In this document: positions 51,805 to 64,000 of the stretch, piece after piece | Numbering within the stretch: position 1 is the first letter of the stretch | Layout of the letters: each line of letters begins with the position of its first letter | Origin: Octopus sinensis | Lineage: Eukaryota | Direction of reading: 5' to 3' | DNA length: 64,000 bases | NCBI RefSeq assembly: GCF_006345805.1 | Contig: NC_042998.1 | Location: 184,760,001-184,824,000, forward strand | The notes under the pieces: model-generated | Database searches by the model: none | Seen by the model: the letters and a program-made list of their open reading frames with translations, nothing else | Told to the model about the DNA's origin: nothing | Translations under genes and position numbers: made by a program

Positions 51805-51867
51805 ACTACTACTATTACTTCTGCTGCGGCTACTATTACTACTTCAGATTTATATATAATATATATG

Positions 51868-51904
<37 letters not shown>

Positions 51905-51967
51905 ATATAATATATGATATATTTATATATGTATATTATATATATAAATGTGTGTGTGTATGTGTGT

Positions 51968-52355
<388 letters not shown>

Positions 52356-52643
52356 AAATGGAAAGATGAATTATCTTGTTACGGATTACTCAAAGGTTTA
52401 ACCGATACCTGGGTAGCAAAAATCACAGCAGAAAAAACACGGTTGGAGATATGACCATATGGTGTTGCAACCGTGCGTTGGCGCGGATAATTGAAGTTTA
52501 ATATAATTAGTGAATGGAAGAAATGGAGTTGAACGAAGATTGTACAGAATTCCTTTTATTTTATTTTATAAAAGGAATTCTGTACAATCTTCGTTCAACT
52601 CCATTTCTTCCATTCACTAATTATATATATATATATATATATA

Positions 52644-52800
52644 TTACATGGAAAAATGCGAGCAAGAGAAATAATATTCTTAAGATTATAAACCTGGAAA
52701 ATTACAGGACAAGTTATTACACTTTGAAAAGTTCAGGACAACTTGTTCCATCTGGTAAAGTACAGAACAGGAAAATTTTTACTTAAAATATTGCAGTTAA
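52644..52800 (+). repeat. Single-arm copy of the 52913-53428 foldback element
   Basis: ttacatggaaaaatgcgagca...aatattcttaagattataaa...aaaatattgcag matches 52913-53066. Confidence 0.9.
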
Positions 52801-52912
52801 GGATAAAATTTCAAATAAAATATTTAGATTTGGAAAATATTAGCTTTTAATTAGACTAAAAATTTAATTACAAGTTATTCTATTTGTTATTACTTGTTAC
52901 TTTTATTATAAA

Positions 52913-53428
52913 TTACATGGAAAAAATGCGAGCATGAAAAGTAATATTCTTAAGATTATAAATCTGGAAAAGTACAGGACAAATTATTACACCTGTAAAA
53001 GTATAGGACAAACTATTACTTCAAGTAAAGTAAAGAATTAGAAACTTTTTCTTAAAATATTGCAGCAAAGAATGCCAGTTCTTCTAATTTATCACTCTTT
53101 ACAGTTCTCATCTTTTAAATTTATTGTACAAAACTGTTCATCTAATTTGTAAGTTTGTCTATAATTAGTCACCTTTTTCTGTATTTAAGGTAGTAAATTA
53201 GCCAAATTCTACTTAAATAAGTATAGTGTTATTTGTAAACTATAATAAAACATTTTTTTTCAAATCTTAATTTTAGCTGCAATATTTTAAGTAAAAAGCT
53301 TCTTATACTTTACTTTACTTGAAGTAATTGTTTGTCCTAAACTTTTACAGGTGTAATAACTTGTCCTGTACTTTTCCAGGTTTATAATCTTAAGAATATT
53401 ACTTCTCTTGCTTGATTTTTCCATGTAA
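52913..53428. mobile_element. Foldback/MITE with ~154-bp TIRs
   Basis: 52913-53066 and 53276-53428 are inverted copies; ends ttacatggaaaa / ttttccatgtaa (possibly TA TSD + CATGG). Confidence 0.9.
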
Positions 53429-53985
53429 TCCATATTTTTTCCATATAATTATACGTGTGTATGTGTGTGTACGTGTGCATGTGTGTGTTTATCTATCTAT
53501 CTCTTCCCCGCTCTCTCTTTCCGTATGCTAATTGATGTGTGAAATGAGTCAATTATCGGTGTCATTGATAATTTTTTCCTTACCTCAATGACATCGGTGA
53601 TATATATTAAAAGTCCCTTTATAGAACTATATTCATAAAAAAAAGCATAGCACTACATTATCACCCTCAAATTTGAGAAAAAAAACATATAACTTTTTTT
53701 CTTTTAAAACTTCATTACATGAGATTAATACCATGATATTCCTCGAATTGAGCTCTGTCATTTAAGCTTAATTAAAATATAGTTTGTTTTTAAAATAAAA
53801 AAGTTAATTATACTTAAATCCAAGTTTTTGCCTTACTATTTTTCTTTTTCATCATACATTACTTCACAACTTTTTTGATACAAAAATTTGTTGCATGGAA
53901 GTAAAGCTATGACATTCTTCATACTTTCTTCTGTTATTGAAGCTAAGATAAATATATTTTGTTTTTAAAATAGAAAAGCTATTTA

Positions 53986-54373
53986 AGCGCAGGAGTGGCT
54001 GTGTGGTAAGTAGCTTGCTAACCAGCCACATGGTTCCGGGTTCGTCCCACTGCGTGGCATCTTGGGCAAGTGTCTTCTGCTATAGCCTCGGGCCGACCAA
54101 TGCCTTGTGAGTGGATTTGGTAGACGGAAACTGAAAGAAGCCTGTCGTATATATATATATATATATGTGTGTTTGTGTGTCTGTGTTTGTCCCCCTAGCA
54201 TTGCTTGACAACCGATGCTGTTGTGTTTACATCCCCGTCACTTAGCGGTTCGGCAAAAGAGACCGATAGAATAAGTACTGGGCTTACAAAGAATAAGTCC
54301 TGGGGTCGATTTGCTCGACTAAAGGCGGTGCTCCAGCATGGCCGCAGTCAAATGACTGAAACAAGTAAGTAAA
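53986..54373 (+). mobile_element. SINE family A, full length, best-preserved copy
   Basis: gcgcaggagtggctgtgtggtaagtagc...ggcggtgctccagcatggccgcagtcaaatgactgaaacaagtaa. Confidence 0.95.
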
Positions 54374-54732
54374 GATCTAAACTTAATTGGCGACATTACT
54401 TACTCTCCTACAACATTGCTAAAAGTTTTGATGTAAACTTTTTTTCTGCTGGATCCAATCTCAATTTTTTATGCCAAAATGTAACTTGGGACCAGTCCTC
54501 TTCAAAAACGTTAACAGTTTTCAATTTGGTAAAGAACTGAATAAGCGACAAGCCCTGAAAGATGCTGCGTGTGAGTAAATTGCGGTCTTAAAAATATTAT
54601 TCAACTACGGTAGTAGTTGAATGATGTATATAATGATACGTGTGTATGTGTGTGTGTATCCATCTATCTCTTCCCCGCTCTCTCTTTCCGTATATACACA
54701 CAGGCACACATACACGCACGCACGTACACACA

Positions 54733-54774
<42 letters not shown>

Positions 54775-55025
54775 CGAAGTCGTGTCTCGCCTTTACCTTC
54801 GAAACGCGGAGTAGACGAAACGGAGGTGGCTGAAGAAGGGGAATTTTCCTAGTGTTGTATGTCTTGTACCCTGTTTTATCGTTGTTTAAAAAAAATGTCT
54901 GTTTCCATAGTTCTGTTTTTATGTTTTCGTTTCTCATTGTGTTCGACATTTTATTTTGGCGTCCTGTACCTATATATGCATGTATATATACATATAGATG
55001 TAGGTACGTACATATATGTATGTAT
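54775..55025 (+). repeat. Unclassified interspersed repeat (family G), copy 2
   Basis: Matches the reverse complement of 35965-36200. Confidence 0.75.
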
Positions 55026-55679
55026 ATATGCATCTATTTTATTTATTATTTTGTTATATATATATGCGTATGTACGCATGTATGTATGCTAGCATGTATG
55101 TATGTATGCTAGCATGCATGTATGTATGTATGTGCGTATGCATGTTTGTATGTATGTATGCATGTGTGTATGTATAATGATGAGTAGATTGGTCTGAGCC
55201 ATAAAATCGAACTTGAAAAGGCTGAGAAGGCTGAACATAAGAATGCTGAATTCAAATGTCCCAAAAATTAGAATTCCGAAAGCTTGAATAACCGAATACT
55301 TAACTTAGAACATGAAGTTTTTATATATTTTAGGGGAAAATATGAAAATTGGCAGTTTTAAAAATGGTTTTATTGGAGAAACATATTTTAACGTACTTTT
55401 ATTGAGCTTCATCAGAATAACTTTTTCAGAAGAAAAACGAGTTTTTAAAACGGTAATTTGAGAAACGAAGCTTATTTTCCCTTTTTTATCATGCTACATC
55501 AGTATGACTACTTAAGGTAAAATAAGAGAAAATGGTCATAAAACATGTAGTTCTATGCTCCAAGCAGAATATATTTGAAAATATATTATAACATTTTTTA
55601 CTATGCTATATCACAATAATAAAGATGCGAGATATTGCGTGAATATTGTTTTGTCTTGGTATAAAAGATGTGCTACAGC

Positions 55680-56085
55680 AAATATTCTGCTCAGTCCCAC
55701 AGATTTGCTTGTCAGTTGCTTAACCGGTTGAGCATGTTCCTTAGTGGCTGACGATATGTGCATCTCTGATCACGAGCAGAAGTAGTGGGGGAGCATCATA
55801 GCCATTTGTTGGGAAGAATGCCTTGGGGTTTGAATTATTCACCATCCTTAAACAAACCTTATTCAGGAATCTTTTGAGCGGGATAGGTTACTCGACCAGA
55901 AGAAAATTCTAACTGAGCCCCACCTGCAAGGTCATGCGCTGTTTATCTTGATATGAGATCACCATGTCGCGCACATATGGTTGTGATGCATGTGCCTGGA
56001 GTACCCTTATCAGACGGGTAGTCATGATGGGCTTCATATATTTGTACTGCAGTGTCACTTTGATGGCATGCGCTGCTCTCTCACT
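55680..56085. repeat. Probable interspersed repeat (unclassified, GC-richer than flanks)
   Basis: Compositionally distinct ~400-bp block ending in (AAT)n; single copy in this window; resembles a cephalopod repeat from memory only. Confidence 0.35.
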
Positions 56086-56086
56086 C

Positions 56087-58510
<2,424 letters not shown>

Positions 58511-59046
58511 TGCTTCTTCACCCACTCTACCACCACAACGGTAGCTATTCTAACATTTTTTTTTCTTTCCTTGACATGCAGATACACGCACGCACCCCGC
58601 TCTGCGAACACACACGCATACCATCTCTTTACCCTTTTCTCCATCACTCTGTGCCCGCTCTTTCCCTTGAACACTTGTTCCAATTAAATATCAATCTGAA
58701 ATATATATATATATATATATAAATATCTTAGCTCTTTTGTCTTAATTCCCTGATCGATAATTCTTGATTTCCTTATTGACTTTATCATTCTTCAGTCCAA
58801 GTCATTTTACTACTTCACATTCTAAGCTAGAACACACTCATCAATATTCCTCCTTTTGTGAAATAAACGTACTTGTTACCTTCCTTTTGCAATTCCTCCT
58901 TATTTTCCTCACACCCACTACTTCGGTGCCAAATGTTTGGAATCAATCATTTGTCATTTCTGCCAGCAAAACCAGCCCGATTCATCTCTGTATCGCTAGG
59001 TGCCCGTATTTCTTTTCTTCGTGGCATCAATTTATTTTTTTTTAAA

Positions 59047-59402
59047 CTTTTACTTTTACTTGTTTCAGGCATTTGACTGCGGCCATGCTGGATCACCGCC
59101 TTTAGTCGAGCAAATTGACCCCAAGACTTATTCTTTGGAAGCCTAGTACTTATTCTATCGGTCTCTTTCGCCGAACCGCTAAGTTACAGGGACGTAAACA
59201 CACCAGCATCGGTTGTCAAGCGATGTATATACATATATACGACGGGGTTCTTTCAGTTTCCGTCTACCAAATCCACTCATAAGGCTTTGGTCGGCTCGAG
59301 GCTATAGTAGAAGACCCTTGTCCAAGGTGCCACGCAGTGGGAATGAACCCGGAACCATTTGGTTGGTAAATAAGCTACTTACCATACAACCACTCCTGCG
59401 CC
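59047..59402 (-). mobile_element. SINE family A, near full length, antisense
   Basis: ttttacttgtttcaggcatttgactgcggccatgctgg...cttaccatacaaccactcctgcgcc. Confidence 0.93.
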
Positions 59403-59419
59403 TGTGCATACATATATAC

Positions 59420-59451
<32 letters not shown>

Positions 59452-59452
<1 letters not shown>

Positions 59453-61040
59453 CTTCATCTTGAGAGATGATAGTCGTCCCATTAACACACACACACAAAC
59501 ATCACATCCCATCACACAGTACAATCACTCCCTTTATGAGCCCTTAGATGACTTTTAAGATCAGTTGCTGACTGACAGGGTTTAAAACACAAGTGACAGA
59601 TATTATTCAAGTTTCTTTTATATCTTTGCCCTTTAGAATCTGATTCTGAAGGAATGTTTTTGTGAACTAGCATATGTCTTTTAAGTCCAGATATTGTCTT
59701 ACAAGTTTTTTGACCTATGACACAAGTCTTAAGAGGTGGTTGATGTGAGAATTTACCTATCTGGGCATTACGATTTTCATGTGATTTCATATGGTTCACG
59801 TATATTGCTTTTGGTCACAGAACACGGTCACATATAATACACTAGCAGTATCGCCCGGCGTTGCTCGGGTTTGTAAGGGAAATAACTATATAAGCATTTT
59901 TAGAGAGTTACTTCCCTTATAGATGCCAATTCGGGCTTTCTTAGCCATTTCTGTTTTGGTGTCTTCAAGCCATGAAGTCGTTGTTCTAAAAGAACGCTGG
60001 TCTCCTTGACAACGCTTTACGACGTTGATTTCCTTAAACTCCCTTTCCCACAGCTTCACGAGGGAGGGAAGAAGGGGGAGAAGCAAACACAGGTGCAGGT
60101 GTTTGAGCGTGGACGCCAACTCCGCCGCCATCGACACACGAAAAATTATGCATTAAAATGGAATAAAAAATTATGTTAAATTATTTTTAAAATCGTAGAC
60201 TCATCGTAGACGCGCGCTAATAGCCAGACGGGCTCGATATGAATCACGACTATAAGATACCCGAATTTGGTTAAACTGCACCGCAAAATGTGGGAGGAGT
60301 TAGGAATCTAAATCGTAGGAGACAGACACTCACACAACTACAGTTTTATATATATAGATATCCAATGCTCGCTGTTGATTACAGTTCCAATTGTTCCTTT
60401 GCGATAGGTCCTTTTAAGTTCAGCGTGCTGAGTCATCTTTTCCTCCCAGGCATTACAACCAGCCCTAACAGCACTGCTCCACTTGTTCCGCTCTAGAGCA
60501 TTATTTTCCCCAATCACTTTTGTTCATATCTAGTTTCTTCAGGTTTTCCTTCACACAGTCCTTATACCGTTTCCTCGACTTATGTTGCGGCCGCTTACCA
60601 AACTTGAGCTCACCATAAAAAAGACGCTTTGGCAAACGCTCGTCTTCCATTCTAATAACTTGTCCAGTTCATCTCATTTGAGCCAAGATAACATGTTGTT
60701 CAATTGAGCTGCAAAGTACCATGCGCAAAATCTCTGTATCTGGTATGAAACATTCTCACTTGACTCCTAAGATACGTCTGAGGCACTTTTCATGAAATCT
60801 CTCCAGAATTTTTATGTGACGCTTGTAAGTGGTCTATGTCTCACTTGAATATAGAAGTATAGACAACACACACGTTTTATAGACACTGATTTTTATCTGC
60901 ATCGAAATACCCCTTTTCGCCCATACTCGCTTTTCGAGCTTTCCAAATGCAACACTACCCTTCCCTATTCGACAGTATATCACTGCATCAAGACTACCAT
61001 CTCTTGGCAGTGTGCTTCCTAGGTAAACAAAGATGTATAT
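59452..61040 (-). mobile_element. 5'-truncated RTE-clade LINE with C-terminal C2H2 fingers, interrupted by a HINE
   Basis: YLGS..., AFGKL.KRVW, KISVYKTCVLSILLYSSET, ERFHEKCLRRILG, RLPKRLFYGEL..GKR...RKRYKD; then fingers ending HMKSH, HMLVH and CHLC-x12-HLRAH; multiple stops. Confidence 0.88.
59834..60359 (+). mobile_element. Non-autonomous Helitron/Helentron-like element (HINE, Lep1/DINE-type architecture)
   Basis: 5' actagcagtatcg + hairpin cccggcgttgctcggg; 3' gacagacactcacac...ttttatatatatagat; removing it restores the RTE frame W-I-C-D. Confidence 0.75.
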
Positions 61041-61044
61041 ATAT

Positions 61045-61125
61045 ATGAATATCATTGTGTGTCTGTTTCTGTTCCCCACGATTGCTTGACAACCGATGTT
61101 GGTGTGTTTACGTCCCCGTAACTTA
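61045..61125 (+). mobile_element. SINE family A internal fragment
   Basis: gattgcttgacaaccgatgttggtgtgtttacgtccccgtaacttag. Confidence 0.85.
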
Positions 61126-61374
61126 GAAATCAGCAGATATATTATTTACTGATACCAAATGATGTCTGCCAAATAGATAGCAATTCATGAGATGCATCCA
61201 AAGAGTGAGAACCCAAACAATAACGTACCTATTCAATCTCAACAGATTCTGGCAAGTATGAACATGAATAAACGATCGCCGTTGTTCATCGTCATCGCAG
61301 AACGCCCCCCCGATTAAAATTCCTGTAAACAAAGACCTGTGGTCCTGTTAGATTTATCGGTCGGTTGGGATAGC

Positions 61375-61421
61375 TTTGACTGAGGAGACACACAATAAGG
61401 TCGAAACGCCGCTGCCTCAAA
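61375..61421 (+). ncRNA. Type I hammerhead ribozyme motif (U16.1>C variant)
   Basis: Stem I tttga/tcaaa, core ctgagga, stem II gac/gtc with a 10-nt loop, GAAA, short stem III cg..tg, triplet GCC instead of GUC. Confidence 0.6.
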
Positions 61422-61812
61422 ATCCTCATACATTATGAACACACATCATTTTAAAGAGATGAGAAGTCTTCCGACGATGAAAAGCTACAGCTTATCGTAT
61501 CCCACAAAATGTATTGAAAATGATCAAATACGTTATTGTTTGGCTTCTAGCTGGTCTACGTGCACCTTGTGAATTATATATGTATAGTTTAATATTATTT
61601 TTACAATTAGTAGTTATTTGTGTATTTAGTTTGTGTGTATGTGCACACACACATACACAATATACACATACATACACACACATATATACACACACATATA
61701 TACACACACATATATACACACACATATATACACACACATATATACACACATACACAATACTCACACATGTATACACACACATACTGAATGTGTGTGCACA
61801 TACACACATACA

Positions 61813-61853
<41 letters not shown>

Positions 61854-63286
61854 TTTATGTATTTATACAGTCATATGCATACACACATATATTTATATAT
61901 ACGTATGCTTACATGAATGCGTAGACACGCACCTATATGCCTGTACACACGTATACGCACAAACTACAAATGAAAGTTCTATAAATGTTACAAAAACAAA
62001 GCGACCATTTAATCATGTTGAAAGACTTTAAGCGACTGAGACGAAAGAAAAAAATAGCACGAAACATTTGAACTGTTAAGGAGACATAAAAGGAAACTAC
62101 AGTCCCAACATCTAGTTTCAGGACTGTTGTGTCTTGGTTTGCTTGTAGTTTATTGTATAAGAATTATAGTTACAAATAGACTTCAACGCCTAATTGTTTT
62201 CCTGTTTGTATTTAATACAATTTTTCGTTTTTCATGTCTATATTAAATCAATTTTTTGCTTTGTATTTGTATACAGTTCTTTTGTTTATCAATGAAAATG
62301 CGTTGGTATTTCTTTTTTTCTTTTACACTGCCTTTTCATCAATTATCATCTAGGTTATTTAGTTGAGAGACATATACCGCTTCATATATGCATGTATGTA
62401 TGTACACACACACACGCACACATATATATATATGCATATATATTATATTTGATATTATTTGTAGATACACACACGTATGTATGTATGTATGTATGTATGT
62501 ATGTATGTATGTATGTATGTATGTATGTATGTATGTATGTTTGTATGTATGTATGTATACTAATAAGAAACAGAGAGAAGCAAGTTGTATTGTTAAGTTT
62601 TTTATAACATACGTTCGTCTCTGCCAACCGGTTTGCGTTCTTGCACTGCTTGATGGTGTTTTTGTGCAAACTGATTAGCGTACTTCCCTGGCAACCAGAA
62701 GTATAATATTCCATTAAAAAATATATATTGTAAACGCAATAAAAAAAAATCAAAAAGAAAAAAACATCATAGGAGTGACTAATTTTAACAAATATTTATT
62801 AGTTTAACTCTTAAACTAACGAAGAAAAAGTGTAGTTACGTTTCAGCCTTAGGCCTTCATCAGAGAAAAAATCAGAGGAAGAAAAGAAGAAAAGCAGTTT
62901 AGAAGAAAGGAAAAAGTGGACAAAGGGTTTTGGACTCAGTTGAGTAAGAGATACTCTAGAGGAATTAAGAAAGGAGGAGAGAGCGAGGGTGCGTTCGAAT
63001 ATGTAGTAGTATATTCATGTTTTTAAATAGATATATGGTTTTCTAATTCTGTTTTTATTTACCCTTCCATTTTTTGTTTCAACCTTCTCTTTTGTTCTCG
63101 CTTTTTTTTTCATATAGCTCCCCATGTACCAGCGCCCTGATTTTCAAAATGAACAAACCATATGCTCAGAGCTTAAAAATCGGCTGGAGACACAAGGTAC
63201 GTTACAGAAACCTGCCTAGCCCCATGTCTTCTTAACAAGAATCTGTTAGCAGCTCTTATCTTTATAGTGTCCATTAAAGGATTATA

Positions 63287-64000
63287 TAGGATGTCCCAAA
63301 AATAAAGGCAGCCAAATTTTTTCAATTTTACCAAAGCAAAATATTGTTATATTTCGGGTTCGAATGTTGAAATGCAATGGTAAAGGAAACATAATAATGA
63401 CACTACCACATCTTTTCAATATGACTACATTTGTTTCGAACCACAGCCTTAAGTCTAGGTGTCAATGCTTTACACGCGGCACGCAAAAGCTCTTGCGGAA
63501 TCGAATTCCATTTCCGGTGCAGTTTTGCATTCAGAGCGTCGAGAGCGTCTCCAAAATGGACCAAACAAAAAAATCCAACGGGTTGAGATCGGGGCTTTTT
63601 GAGGGCTATACATCCTTGGCTAAGAACAACGGAATGTTTTTCTGAATCCAGTGATGTGTCTGTTTGAAGCTGTGGGATGGTGCGGAGTCCTGTTGGAGGC
63701 TCCAAGGTGCGCCTTTAAAGTGCTCATTTGCCTATGGAAGCAGTTCAGCTTCCATATTGTCGCTAATGTATCACAAAAACAAGCTGCCCAAACCATAACT
63801 GACTGGGTTTTGACGTTGATTTACGAGTCTACCCTCGACGAAGCCAAATACACTCCAAAGTTGGTCATCCTGGTGGTTTACTGTCTATTCGATGTCAAAT
63901 TTCTTATAATCAGTGAACACCTTGTTGGGCAGCATGCCTTCAGAAATCTGACGCAGAATAAGACGGCTTCTTTCCGGTCTCATGGTCTTATAAACTTGTG
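63287..64000 (-). mobile_element. maT/Bmmar1-like (DD37D-type) Tc1/mariner transposon, 3' part; runs off the window
   Basis: WSLQQDSAPSH...WIQKNIP....DV*PSKSPDLNPLDF; C-terminus LHRKWNSIPQELLRAACKALTPRLKAVVRNK.SHIE; TIR taggatgtcccaaaa preceded by TA. Confidence 0.88.

Overview
AT-rich eukaryotic (animal) DNA made almost entirely of microsatellites and transposon debris. The SINE repertoire and microsatellite density point to an octopus/coleoid cephalopod genome; this is inferred from recognising the repeat families, not from a database search. No host protein-coding gene, true tRNA/rRNA or CRISPR array could be supported, and nearly all ORF-track entries are microsatellite artefacts, so the window is probably intergenic or inside a very large intron. 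Recognisable elements: about 30 copies or fragments of at least five tRNA-type SINE families (labelled A-E here); a 5'-truncated, nearly intact CR1-group LINE (APE+RT, ~30.1-33.1 kb); a Penelope-like element (RT C-terminus + GIY-YIG, 33.4-34.4 kb); RTE, CR1, R4/Dong and Tx1-like relics; mariner (DD34D), maT-like (DD37D-type) and Tigger remnants; hAT and foldback MITEs; and a Helitron/HINE-like insertion. The most interesting region is the composite retro-locus at 29,983-34,420. There a SINE head is fused to a LINE whose 3' tail shares a structurally covarying hairpin with the window's dominant SINE family. An independent LINE fragment follows, fused to a Penelope element that carries a minimal hammerhead ribozyme motif. 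Other highlights are a second hammerhead motif at 61.4 kb and an RTE retrotransposon ending in three C2H2-type zinc fingers that was later split by a HINE. Coordinates of degenerate repeats are approximate (about +/-20 nt).
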